From Planctomycetota bacterium (GTDB lineage: Bacteria; Planctomycetota; UBA8108; SXIK01), in assembly GCA_965223845.1 (NCBI GenBank), contig CBDCXR010000004.1:2752001-2816000 (forward strand): a stretch of 64,000 bases of DNA. The letters are read 5' to 3'. The notes under the pieces are model-generated. The model was not told the origin of the DNA, did not search any database, and saw only the letters and a program-made list of their open reading frames with translations. Within the stretch, counting starts at the first letter, position 1. Every line of letters begins with the position of its first letter. Of this stretch, positions 1-8,865 are shown piece after piece. Both the position numbers and the translations under genes were made by a program.

Positions 1-573
1 GAGCTGTCCCGGATTGATCTGACGCGTGGGACGGCGCGCGGGACGCGGCGCGGGACGCGTGGGAGCGGGCTCCGGCGCGGGCTCGACGACGGGGGTGTCA
101 TCGTCGTCGTCGTCGTCGAGGAGGTCGAGATCGTCGTCGTCATCGTCGTCGAGGCTGACGTCACCATCGCCATCGTCGAGGCTGACGTCGTCGTCGTCGT
201 CGAGCGACAGATCGTCGTCGTCATCCAGATCGAGATCGTCGTCATCGTCTAGACCCAGATCGTCGTCATCGTCCAGGTCGAGATCGTCGTCATCGTCCAG
301 GTCGAGATCGTCGTCATCATCGTCGTCGAGGTCGAGGAGGCTCTCGATGTCCTCGTCGTCGCTCTCCTGACCCCCTCCGCCGTGAAGACTGCCGCGGTCG
401 TCGCTCAGCGGCGAGTCCCACTCGCGCGTCTCTTCTCCGAGCAGGATGCCCTGCCGCACCCAATCCTCACTCACGAGCGACGTCTCGCGACGTGGCTGGT
501 TGCTCGAGCACGCGGCGATGAGCGCCAGCAGAAACCCGACCGCGCAGAAGCTGCTCAGCCTTCTGAAATCCAT
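1..573 (-). CDS. Lipoprotein with acidic (LxL-D5) repeats, 3'-truncated by the window edge; possibly the secretin of the pilus operon
   Basis: Absent from the ORF track because there is no stop inside the window. Manual translation from ATG at 573 (preceded by GGAAAGGG) gives MDFRRLSSFCAVGFLLALIAAC-SSNQ (lipobox-like), then an Asp/Leu repeat, then PEPAPTRPAPRPARRPTRQINPGQL, open to base 1. Secretin identity is inferred only from gene order. Confidence 0.7.
   Translation of the reverse strand, partial: MDFRRLSSFCAVGFLLALIAACSSNQPRRETSLVSEDWVRQGILLGEETREWDSPLSDDRGSLHGGGGQESDDEDIESLLDLDDDDDDDLDLDDDDDLDLDDDDDLGLDDDDDLDLDDDDDLSLDDDDDVSLDDGDGDVSLDDDDDDDLDLLDDDDDDDTPVVEPAPEPAPTRPAPRPARRPTRQINPGQL
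97..360 (-). repeat. Coding tandem repeat, about 8 imperfect units of ~24 bp encoding L-x-L-DDDDD
   Basis: Minus strand reads LLDL D7 LDL D5 LDL D5 LGL D5 LDL D5 LSL D5 VSL DDGDGD VSL D7 LDLL D7. Confidence 0.85.
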
Positions 574-1370
574 GACTATCCCTTTCCGGACTCCCGCGAG
601 GACCGAACGTCCCAGCGGGATCTCGACGCTTGAATGCAGATCACGACCCGCCGCCGGTGTCTCCGAGCGCCGAGCTGGTCGTCTAACTAGCGATGCGAAA
701 ACCTCAGATCCACGAGTCGGCACGGTGGAACCACTGCGACCAAGAGCCAGAGGGCTGTCGGGCGCCCGAGACGGACGGGGACCACCGATCGAGTCTCTCA
801 GATCTGTCATGATGAACCTGCTGTAGCCGACGAACGGCACGGTGCGACGCGCACCACCCGTTCGACCGTGGATTGTCCTGAGTTGTGTGATCTAGGCGGA
901 GGTTCGATCCCGGTTCTCGACGACGACCCGCCCGGACGACGGCGCGAGTTTTGCGCGCCTCGCCGTCCGACGAGGTCCCCGGAGACAACCGCAGGGGCGG
1001 AGTACGGGATCAAAAAAGGAGTGCCACCGGTAGAGCGTTCAGGTGGGGAACGGGGACGCCGAAGGGCCCGAGTGACTCGGGAGACGAACCCCGCGCTCGC
1101 GAACGAAGGATCGATCCGCGAGAGCGACTCGCCGGAGCGCTTCGAGTGCCACCCAGAAGCGAACGGCGAGGCGGTCCGGGTCGAGGCGACCCGAACTCGT
1201 TTCATGTTCCCATTCCCGATTCTGAAAATCTACCTCTTTTCTAACGAACCGTGTTTCTGTCGATCGCAGCTCACCGTTTCGCTCCCGGCGATGCCGAGGG
1301 TTGAAGGTCGAGCCGCGCTGTCATGTTCTTGCCGCAGCACGAATTCGCGTCGCGCCGCGTATGTGAATTC

Positions 1371-2459
1371 CTAATTGCCCCCGAAACCCCGGTTTCCGCG
1401 CCGCGGACGGCGGGTCGGCGCCGGGGAATCGTCGGTCGAAGGCTCCGGCACCGCTTCCACTTCGGCGGGCTCTTCGTCGCCTTCGGTGCCGTCACCGTCG
1501 TCCTCTGAGGCGCCGACGAGGGGCGACCACAGCTCGACCGTGAACGGGCGGTCTTTGCGGGAAATCGGGTAGCGCGCGCCGCGCACGCCCGCGCTGCTAT
1601 CGATGATCGTAACGGACTTCGATGCTTCGTCGATGCGGCGAATCTCGTAGCGATCGTTCCCGAACTTGACGCGCTCGCCGAGCGTCGTGCTCGACTTCGT
1701 CACGACCTCGCCCTTCGCGTAGTCCCAGTACTGATACCGGCACAGAACTCGCGTATCGGTGCCGTCGACCAGCACGTTCGACACGCGGAAGTTGAAGTCG
1801 TAGGGGATCGCCTCCGTCGGCCCCAAGACCTCGGACTCCTGGCGCCGCGCCGCGAGAGGTTCGACGTGTTCGACCGAACGATCCTCGACGGCTTCAGTGA
1901 TGATCTTGTAGGTGTAGGTCTTGCCCGGTTCGACGTCGAAATCCGGATACTGAAAATCGCCGTCCGCTTCGAGCGAGAGCTCACGAAACGAGCCACCCTC
2001 GCCTTCGCTGCGAAGAAGCCGCACCTTCTCGAGGACGATGTTCTCGTTGATCGAGCTCATCTTCCCCTCGACGAGGAGATACACCTTCTTCTTCTGGGCA
2101 TCGCGCAGACAGCTCACCTGAGCCACTGCGGCCGGTTCGTGAACGCTCGCGACGGCTTGAATCTCCTGGGTCCGCTTGATGAGCGCCGGGGCGGCCTCCG
2201 TCAGCCAGCCCGCATCCGTACTGCCGACGCCGGGGTCCCACTGCGAACGCAGAATCCCGACGACATCGACGACGGGATCCTGAAGGAGCGGCTCCTCGGA
2301 TTTCTGCTGGTACGTACGAACTTCCGCATTGAGGTCGTTGCGGATCTTGTCGACGTCCCCGCCGGCAAAGAACGGAAGCGCGATCAGCGCAAGGCCGAGT
2401 ACCGCAGCGATACCGTAGGAGACTTTGTCGATTTGCTGGACTAGGTTCTTTTCGGACAT
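1371..2459 (-). CDS. Pilus-operon membrane-anchored protein with FN3-like segment (positionally Amuc_1099-like)
   Basis: N-terminal TM (YGIAAVLGLALIALPFF), FN3-like motif YPDFDVEPGKTYTYKI, acidic then Arg-rich tail; third gene of the pilM operon. Confidence 0.6.
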   Translation of the reverse strand: MSEKNLVQQIDKVSYGIAAVLGLALIALPFFAGGDVDKIRNDLNAEVRTYQQKSEEPLLQDPVVDVVGILRSQWDPGVGSTDAGWLTEAAPALIKRTQEIQAVASVHEPAAVAQVSCLRDAQKKKVYLLVEGKMSSINENIVLEKVRLLRSEGEGGSFRELSLEADGDFQYPDFDVEPGKTYTYKIITEAVEDRSVEHVEPLAARRQESEVLGPTEAIPYDFNFRVSNVLVDGTDTRVLCRYQYWDYAKGEVVTKSSTTLGERVKFGNDRYEIRRIDEASKSVTIIDSSAGVRGARYPISRKDRPFTVELWSPLVGASEDDGDGTEGDEEPAEVEAVPEPSTDDSPAPTRRPRRGNRGFGGN

Positions 2460-2523
2460 GACAACTGGTCCTCAGACAGAGGCCGCGGCCCCTCGTAGAT
2501 GGATTCGTGGGGAGAGCGACGCC

Positions 2524-3519
2524 TCATACGTCATCATCATCATCGTCGTCATCGTCATCATCATCGTCGTCGTCGTCATCATCATCATCGTCGTCGTCAT
2601 CGCCGGCTTCGATCGGATCGTAACCCTTCCAATCGAGAGCACTCAGCTGAAACGCAACCGTGACGACGGCGGGAGAGACGATGCTGTCATACGACGCCCG
2701 TTCGGCTGTCCCGGCGTCGTCGAAGGTCTGTTCCACCTGAAGCCCGATGTACGGAGTGAGCTGCTGGGCGGACTTTTGCGCGGTGAAGCCATCGAGCATG
2801 AAGAGAACGCGGTCGCTCTCGAACAGCTTCGCGAGCGTCTCTTCAACGAGATCGAGCGGCATCTCGACGGTGATATCGAGCGTGATGCGACGGTAGTGCT
2901 CGGTTTCCGTTTCGTCGTCGCCGCTCCGCCCGCCTCCAGTCCGCTCCCCGAAGTTGAGAATCTTCAGGCCGCCGATCTCTAGCGCGGTCAGAGCCTCGAA
3001 CACCTCGCTCACGATCCAAAACTCCCGCATGAAGCGCGGGACCATGTCGTCGGTGATCGCGGAGTCCTCGACGATATCGACCTTCGGGATCTCGTCCCCG
3101 GATTCGCTGTCGACGGTGATTCCGAACTTCTCGCGGTAACTCGACACGATGGCCGAGATTCCCTCGCGGTAACGGGCGGAGAACTCGCCGGCCGACATAT
3201 CGTCAGCGTTCGGATCGAAATACTCGGAGAATTTCGCCTGCCGCCGGTTGTAGAACTCGGCGCCGGCGTTGTGAGCGATGCGCTTGCGCTCGACCCCCGT
3301 CTCCAGCGCGTCGCGGTAGCGTCGCGTCGGCGCGACGTCCGCGCGGTTGTACTTCTTCGCGCTGTCGAGCTCGCGCTGGAGCGCATCGCGTTTCCCGGGG
3401 ATGGAGTCCGACCCGCTCCCGTAGAGGGGCTGGAGGACCAGGAACCACGAGAGCGCGCCGAGAACGACGACGATCGCTCCGAGCGAAATCCAGTAGAGAT
3501 TCTCTTTCAGCTTATCCAT
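2524..3519 (-). CDS. PilO/Amuc_1100-like pilus alignment protein with C-terminal D24 tail
   Basis: Single N-terminal TM, coiled-coil-like region, PilO-like alpha/beta segment (YRRITLDITVEMPLDLVEETLAKL); lies directly downstream of pilM. Confidence 0.6.
   Translation of the reverse strand: MDKLKENLYWISLGAIVVVLGALSWFLVLQPLYGSGSDSIPGKRDALQRELDSAKKYNRADVAPTRRYRDALETGVERKRIAHNAGAEFYNRRQAKFSEYFDPNADDMSAGEFSARYREGISAIVSSYREKFGITVDSESGDEIPKVDIVEDSAITDDMVPRFMREFWIVSEVFEALTALEIGGLKILNFGERTGGGRSGDDETETEHYRRITLDITVEMPLDLVEETLAKLFESDRVLFMLDGFTAQKSAQQLTPYIGLQVEQTFDDAGTAERASYDSIVSPAVVTVAFQLSALDWKGYDPIEAGDDDDDDDDDDDDDDDDDDDDDDDDV
2530..2601 (-). repeat. 24 consecutive Asp codons (mixed GAT/GAC)
   Basis: Counted from the sequence: 24 gtc/atc triplets on the + strand between a Gly codon and the terminal Val-stop. 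Confidence 0.95.
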
Positions 3520-3579
3520 GCTTCAGACGGTTCCCTTCGGCAGAAGATTTCGCACGAGGACGAGGATCGACGGCTTCGT

Positions 3580-5541
3580 TCATGCGTCGTCGTCATCGTC
3601 ATCATCATCGTCGTCATCATCATCGTTGTAGTATTCGTCGTCATCATCGTCGTCGTCGTCGTCGCCCGCATCCGGGTCTCGGTACTTCTCGGGCAGGACG
3701 TACCACGACGTCAACGCGCCGTAGTACGGCGCGCCGGCTTGCTTCGACTCCTCGTTTCCACCTTCGATCTGCTCTGCGGTCGGATCGTCAACGTAGATCG
3801 CGTTCAAGTTGCCGACGCCGGGCTTGACGACGACCTCCGTCAGATGGGTGAGATCCGCATCACGGATCTGGGCCCGCCCGAGCGCCGTCTCGAGGGGGCG
3901 CTCGAATCGCTCGACAATCGTCTCGTGATCCTGGATCTGGTTACCGCTGCTCTTCACGACGACGAACGCCGAGAACTTGAGCGCCGGCTGCTTGCCGTCT
4001 TCCTTGTTCGATTGTCCGCGCTTCTTCTTGCCGCCGACGTCCTCGGGATAACGGACGGACTCCATCGCCACGTACGGCACCCACATCTTGCCGCTCAATC
4101 CCGCGATGACATCGTCGAGCACCCCTGTGGCGCCCGTCGCGTCTTCCGCCCGGAGCTGCCGGGTCACCGCGTCCTGATTCGGCGTCGACGCGAGCACTCG
4201 CTCGAGCACGCGAATGGCTTCGATCGCGTGATTGCGATGTTTTCCGACTTCGGTCAGCGTCGCCATACCCGAAGCGATCTTCTCGTCCGCCTCCGTGCTG
4301 AACTTCTCGATCTGGGAGTAGACCGACTTCGGCTCCCGGAGCTCGTCCTTAGCGTTTTCGATCGCCGAGGCGATCTGTCCGCGCTTGTGCTGGACGAGCG
4401 CCCACGCGATCAGAATCGCCACGAGGAGAGCGGCCGCCGCGATGAATGCGTGCTTCTTCTTCCGATCGACTTCCTTCTTGACCTTCTCCTCCGTCGGGAT
4501 GAGGTCGACGTCGCACGTCCCGAATCCGATCGCCTGAAGGCCGCCGCCGAGGGCGGGGGCGAACGCCGGCAAATCCGCCTGGAGGAGGCGGACGTTGACC
4601 TCACGGCTCAGCCGCACGCGCCGGATCGATTGGGCGCGCTCGACCGGGACACCGAGGTGCTCCTGGAGGAAATTCTTCAGACCGACCAGCTTCGCGCCGT
4701 TTCCGAAGAGGAATGCTCGGGCGAAGTTCGCTTCCCCGGCCTGGCTTCGGTAGTAACCGATCGACCGGTGGATCTCCTGGACGAGATCGCGGAGTTTCGG
4801 CTGAAGCACGGCGTCGAAAATCTTCTTCGCCTGTTGGGGGTTCCGCCCCATCTGCAGCTTCAGTCGCTCGGCTTCGCTAAACCCGAGCTTGAAGCGCTGC
4901 ATCATCGCCCGAGTGATGTCTTCGGAGCGGTGCGGCAGGGGTCGACTCCAGAACCGCTCTTTGTCGATGAGGACGAGATCGGTGTGCGATGCGCCGAGAT
5001 CGAGAACGATCGCGGGCTCCTCGAGATCGAGGTCATAGGCGGCGAAGTTGAAGAGCGCGAGATTGCTGACCGACAGCATCTCGACGTTGAGGCCCTCGTT
5101 CGCGAAATCGATGAGCGAGTCATCGATGGCCTCGCGTCGAACCGCGAAGAGACTCACGTCGCGCTCTTCGCCGGAGCCGTACTCGCGGTCGACGACGTGA
5201 AAGTCCCAGATGACTTCGTCGAGAGGAAACGGGATCTGCTGCTGCGCCTCGTAGCCGACCATCTCCGCGAGACGTTTCTGGTCGAACGCCGGGATCTTGA
5301 TGAAGCGCATGAACGTTCCCTGGGTGGGGTGAACGACCACCACCGGGTCGCGAACGTCGTTACGCGACTTGAAAATCGCCAGCGCTTCGCGCGCCTGCCC
5401 CGCGTCGAATCCGTCTGCCCCCGCCGTGTAGTCGACCTTGTCGACCGCCAGGATCTCGACGTTGGCCTTATCTCGGCGGAGGTGCACCGCCTTCAGAGAC
5501 GACTTGCCAATATCGACACACCAGATCGTGTGGAATGCCAT
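3580..5541 (-). CDS. pilM: Type IV pilus assembly protein PilM fused to a PilN-like C-terminal region
   Basis: VDIGKSSLKAV, YEAQQQIPFPLDEVIWDF, LDLGASHTDL, EIHRSIGYY, LFGNGAKL (actin-like PilM), followed by VDLIP (PilN INLLP-like motif), a TM helix and a periplasmic domain. Confidence 0.9.
   Translation of the reverse strand: MAFHTIWCVDIGKSSLKAVHLRRDKANVEILAVDKVDYTAGADGFDAGQAREALAIFKSRNDVRDPVVVVHPTQGTFMRFIKIPAFDQKRLAEMVGYEAQQQIPFPLDEVIWDFHVVDREYGSGEERDVSLFAVRREAIDDSLIDFANEGLNVEMLSVSNLALFNFAAYDLDLEEPAIVLDLGASHTDLVLIDKERFWSRPLPHRSEDITRAMMQRFKLGFSEAERLKLQMGRNPQQAKKIFDAVLQPKLRDLVQEIHRSIGYYRSQAGEANFARAFLFGNGAKLVGLKNFLQEHLGVPVERAQSIRRVRLSREVNVRLLQADLPAFAPALGGGLQAIGFGTCDVDLIPTEEKVKKEVDRKKKHAFIAAAALLVAILIAWALVQHKRGQIASAIENAKDELREPKSVYSQIEKFSTEADEKIASGMATLTEVGKHRNHAIEAIRVLERVLASTPNQDAVTRQLRAEDATGATGVLDDVIAGLSGKMWVPYVAMESVRYPEDVGGKKKRGQSNKEDGKQPALKFSAFVVVKSSGNQIQDHETIVERFERPLETALGRAQIRDADLTHLTEVVVKPGVGNLNAIYVDDPTAEQIEGGNEESKQAGAPYYGALTSWYVLPEKYRDPDAGDDDDDDDDDEYYNDDDDDDDDDDDDDA
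3586..3663 (-). repeat. Poly-Asp tail D9-EYYN-D13
   Basis: gtc/atc triplet run at the 3' end of pilM. Confidence 0.95.
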
Positions 5542-5792
5542 AAAAGCTTCCTCGGGGAGAGCGTTCGGTCAGCCGATACCGCGAGACGACACGGACGTAC
5601 GGACTAGGCCGAGCGCCAGAATCGAGTGCGGGGTCGAGTAAGTGAGGGAACTCGAGCGATTTGCGGACGGCGACAGGCGCTCGGAGATGCCCCGGAAGCG
5701 AAGGATTCGGGAGTGGCTTCGCGGAGGAGAGACGCCTCAGACCAGAAAACCCTAACCGCAAATAACAGGAGAGTTTTTAGCAGAATTCCTGG

Positions 5793-5822
5793 ATCGTAGC
5801 ACACCGTCCGACAGGGTGTCAA
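5793..5822 (-). promoter_or_regulatory. Sigma-70-type promoter for the pilM operon
   Basis: Minus strand TTGACA-18 nt-TACGAT with an extended -10 TG, about 250 nt upstream of the pilM ATG. Confidence 0.6.
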
Positions 5823-5989
5823 TCCTGGCCGGCGGCGCACGAAACAGTCGATGAGGTCGCGGGTTAGGGCAGAGGCGAGACCTCACCGAAACCTCGCTCA
5901 TCGAACGGCCGAACGACGAAACTCGCGTGCCGAATTCGGCCGTTTCTGCACCCGAATTCCTCCCCTCGGGAGCCGCGAACGAAACACTC

Positions 5990-6781
5990 TCATCCTGCGT
6001 GGAGACCGAGTCGTCCCATGACGAGCTTCAGATCCTCCCACGCGAGCCGCTTGTCTCTCGGCGTACGCAAGAGATACGCGGGATGGAAGGTCGGCAAGAC
6101 CTCGCGCCCGAGGGCGCGGTGGAATCGTCCGCGCAGGCGGCCGAGACTCTCTCCGGAGGCGAGAAGAGCCTGCGCGGCGGTTCGTCCGAGTGCGACGATG
6201 ACCTCCGGATCGACGAGTTCGACCTGGGCGGCGAGGAACCGCGAGCAATGATCGATCTCATCCGGCTCGGGCGTTCGATTCCCGGGCGGCCGGCACTTGA
6301 CGATGTTCGCGATGTAGACGTCTTCGCGAGCGAGGCCCATCGCCCCGATCATCCGGTCGAGAAGCTGCCCCGCGGCGCCGACGAACGGCTCGCCCTGCCG
6401 GTCCTCGTCCGCACCGGGCCCCTCCCCCACGAACATCAGCCTTGCCGCGGGGGCCCCGACGCCGAAGACCGTCTGCGTACGCGTCGAGCAGAGTGGGCAG
6501 CGCGTGCACTCGGCGACCTCGATGCGGAGCGCCGCGAGCTCGCGCTCCGGTTCGGGCGTTCGCGCGGGCGTTCGCGGGTCCCTCGCCGGCCGTGATGCGT
6601 CTTGCCCGCGCGGCGGCGGATCGCTCCGCGAAACGCCCTCCGGCTCGGCCCACCTGACCGGAGGCGTCCAGCCGAACATTCGGTCGATCTCGAGCCGCTG
6701 GCGGACCCCGCGAACGATTCGCTCGAGTGCACTTCGATCTCTGGGCATTTCGGCTTCGTCCTCGATGCCGTCGCCGGCCAC
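5990..6781 (-). CDS. udg: Uracil-DNA glycosylase family 4 (4Fe-4S)
   Basis: [50 protein letters not shown]. Start is GTG 6781 or ATG 6748; the track ORF is over-extended. Confidence 0.92.
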   Translation of the reverse strand: MAGDGIEDEAEMPRDRSALERIVRGVRQRLEIDRMFGWTPPVRWAEPEGVSRSDPPPRGQDASRPARDPRTPARTPEPERELAALRIEVAECTRCPLCSTRTQTVFGVGAPAARLMFVGEGPGADEDRQGEPFVGAAGQLLDRMIGAMGLAREDVYIANIVKCRPPGNRTPEPDEIDHCSRFLAAQVELVDPEVIVALGRTAAQALLASGESLGRLRGRFHRALGREVLPTFHPAYLLRTPRDKRLAWEDLKLVMGRLGLHAG

Positions 6782-6821
6782 CGTTCCGCCCCGGCGGAGA
6801 TCCGCCGAGCCGGAATCGCCA

Positions 6822-8183
6822 TCACCCCGCGACTTCGCCGGCCCACTCGCCGCGCGCCCCCCGATCATCCACCGCCGTGATCCGGACCGGCTGGCATGTG
6901 CCGGGGAAGCGCCTCGCCGCGCGCTCCGACGGCGCCGCAAACCGCACCCTAACGTAGTGCTCGGTGAATCCCTCGAGGAGATCGTCCCCTCCCTGGACGG
7001 CCGCCGCGTCGCGTTCGAGACTCGACGCGGTCGCGTCCTCGTCGTCGCCCTCGACGAGGATCTCCACCGTCTCCCCCACGAACCGCTCCCGAAACTCGCG
7101 GCCGAGCTCTCCTTCGAGCGTCCGCAAGACTCGTGCTCGGCGGTGAATCTCGGGCGGCTCCACGTGCTCCCCGAGCTTTGCCGCGAGCGTCCCCTCTCGC
7201 CGGCTGTACGGGAATACGTGAATTTTGGCGAATTCGAGCTCGCGACACACGTCGAGTGTCGCCGTAAAGTCGCGCTCGCTCTCACCGGGGTGGCCGACGA
7301 TCACATCGGTCGAAATCGCGATCCGACCGCGCCGTCGTTCGAGTTCGGCGACGACCGCGCGAAACTCGTCCACTGTGTAGTCGCGACGCATTCGCTCGAG
7401 CACGCCGTCGGATCCGGCCTGAAGCGGAATGTGCCAGTGCGCGCAGAACGGCGGCTCACTCAGTACGTCGAAGAGGCGATCGTCGAACGTCCTCACACCG
7501 ATGCTGCTCAGTCGGATTCGCCTCAGCTCGGTCGCGCCGGCGATGCGCTCGAGGAGATCCGCGAGCCCGATCGGTGGATCCAGATCGCGGCCGTAGTCCT
7601 GAAGGTGAACGCCGGTTACGACGACTTCCTCGAAGCCGTGCTCGGCGAGACGGCGGATCTCCTCGAGCACCGCGTCGGGGTCGCGGCTCCGGGATCGGCC
7701 CCGGAGAAACGGGATCACACAGAAGCTGCAGAAACTATCACAGCCGTCCTGCACCTTCAGATTCGCCCGCGTCCGCCCCCGATAGCGCGAGATCTCGAGT
7801 CGGAAGATATCGCGATCGCGCTCGGGGAAGGCCTCCCCGGGCTTCCAGCCTCCATCGAGGAAGCTCGCCACCAGGGTCTTCTCTTCGTTGCCGGCGAGAA
7901 CGGCGACCTGCGGAATCGCGCTCAGACGTTCGCGCTCGGACGGCGTCGAGCAACCGACAACGATGATGCGCGCCGCGGGGTTCGTGCGCGCGACTCGCTG
8001 CACGTACTTTCGGCTCTTCACGCCACTCGTCGCCGTAACCGAGCAGGTGTTGACGACGTAGACGTCCGCCGGGACCGTGTACGGCACCTCGCGGTAGCCG
8101 AGGTTCAACACCTCCTCGCGGATGGCCTCGGTGTCATACTGATTGATCTTGCACCCGAGGGTGACGAACGCCGCGGACTTCAT
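6822..8183 (-). CDS. mtaB: tRNA t6A37 methylthiotransferase MtaB
   Basis: [18 protein letters not shown], radical SAM motif [24 protein letters not shown]. Confidence 0.92.
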   Translation of the reverse strand: MKSAAFVTLGCKINQYDTEAIREEVLNLGYREVPYTVPADVYVVNTCSVTATSGVKSRKYVQRVARTNPAARIIVVGCSTPSERERLSAIPQVAVLAGNEEKTLVASFLDGGWKPGEAFPERDRDIFRLEISRYRGRTRANLKVQDGCDSFCSFCVIPFLRGRSRSRDPDAVLEEIRRLAEHGFEEVVVTGVHLQDYGRDLDPPIGLADLLERIAGATELRRIRLSSIGVRTFDDRLFDVLSEPPFCAHWHIPLQAGSDGVLERMRRDYTVDEFRAVVAELERRRGRIAISTDVIVGHPGESERDFTATLDVCRELEFAKIHVFPYSRREGTLAAKLGEHVEPPEIHRRARVLRTLEGELGREFRERFVGETVEILVEGDDEDATASSLERDAAAVQGGDDLLEGFTEHYVRVRFAAPSERAARRFPGTCQPVRITAVDDRGARGEWAGEVAG

Positions 8184-8192
8184 GATCGCCGC

Positions 8193-8221
8193 ACTATACG
8201 GAGCGCGAACGGGGGGCACAA
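8193..8221 (-). promoter_or_regulatory. Sigma-70-type promoter giving a near-leaderless mtaB mRNA
   Basis: TTGTGC-17 nt-TATAGT ending 9 nt before the ATG; no Shine-Dalgarno in between. Confidence 0.45.
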
Positions 8222-8306
8222 CTGGGCGCCGTTCCGTTCCCGTTCCAGCCGCTTCGTCGGAGCGCACGAGACCACCGGCTGAAGCGTTCGCCGGTGCAGC
8301 CAGTTT

Positions 8307-8804
8307 CTAGGCGCCGAACACCGCACGGAGGGCGCGCTCGACCGGCGCGGTCACGAGCGGCGCGATCGTCCCCCCCTCGGCGGCGATCTGGCGCACGAGA
8401 GTCGACGAGATAAACGCGAACTCCGGTCGGGTCGGAATGAAGATCGTCTCGACCGGAGCCGGGCCGCACAGGCGATTCGTGTGCGCCATCGGGAGCTCGT
8501 ACCCCGCGTCCGCGCTCGAGCGCAGCCCGCGCAAGATCCAGTCGGCTCCCGTCGCCGCAGCGAAATCGACCGTGAGGCCGGAAAACGTTCGCGCCGAGAC
8601 CCCCTCGAGGCCCTCGATTTCGGCGCTGAGGAGACTCAGACGCTCGGACGCGGGAAGAAGACTCGACTTCTCCGGATTGTCGAGCACGCCGACGACGACG
8701 CGATCGAAGAGCTGGGCCGCCCGGGCGATGACGTCGAGATGCCCCCTCGTCACCGGATCGAAGCTCCCGGGGAACACCGCGACTCGCCGCGATCGACTCG
8801 TCAT
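8307..8804 (-). CDS. coaD: Phosphopantetheine adenylyltransferase
   Basis: AVFPGSFDPVTRGHLDVI, ILRGLRS, FISSTLVRQIA. Confidence 0.95.
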   Translation of the reverse strand: MTSRSRRVAVFPGSFDPVTRGHLDVIARAAQLFDRVVVGVLDNPEKSSLLPASERLSLLSAEIEGLEGVSARTFSGLTVDFAAATGADWILRGLRSSADAGYELPMAHTNRLCGPAPVETIFIPTRPEFAFISSTLVRQIAAEGGTIAPLVTAPVERALRAVFGA

Positions 8805-8865
8805 TCCTGTCGCTCCTCGTCTCCCGTTCAGTCCCCGCCGCTCTCGCGATTCTACTGGGCCGCCG

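Noticed and set aside
97-360. CRISPR-like periodic repeat
   Set aside because: Units are in-frame triplet-based coding repeats without unique spacers, and no cas genes are present.
26-370. Ser/Arg-rich + strand ORF
   Set aside because: Antisense shadow of the Asp-repeat lipoprotein on the minus strand, which has an RBS and signal peptide.
870-920. tRNA-like GGTTCGATCCC motif
   Set aside because: The T-stem does not pair beyond 2 bp and no acceptor or D arm can be built. The same applies to GGGTTCGAAT near 22362.
1010-1030. TGGCAC sigma-54-like motif on the minus strand
   Set aside because: No GC at the -12 position (GG-N10-TT).
3271-5607. Long antisense ORFs (also 6504-8282, 8437-10500, 23373-24869, 35575-36891, 48013-50028, 56142-57572)
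   Set aside because: They overlap well-supported genes on the opposite strand, have no motifs, and are expected from GC-rich codon bias.
5542-5790. Possible c-di-GMP riboswitch in the long pilM leader
   Set aside because: The GGCAAAC / GNRA / GACGCAAAGC-type elements could not be found by eye; only an Infernal scan could settle it.
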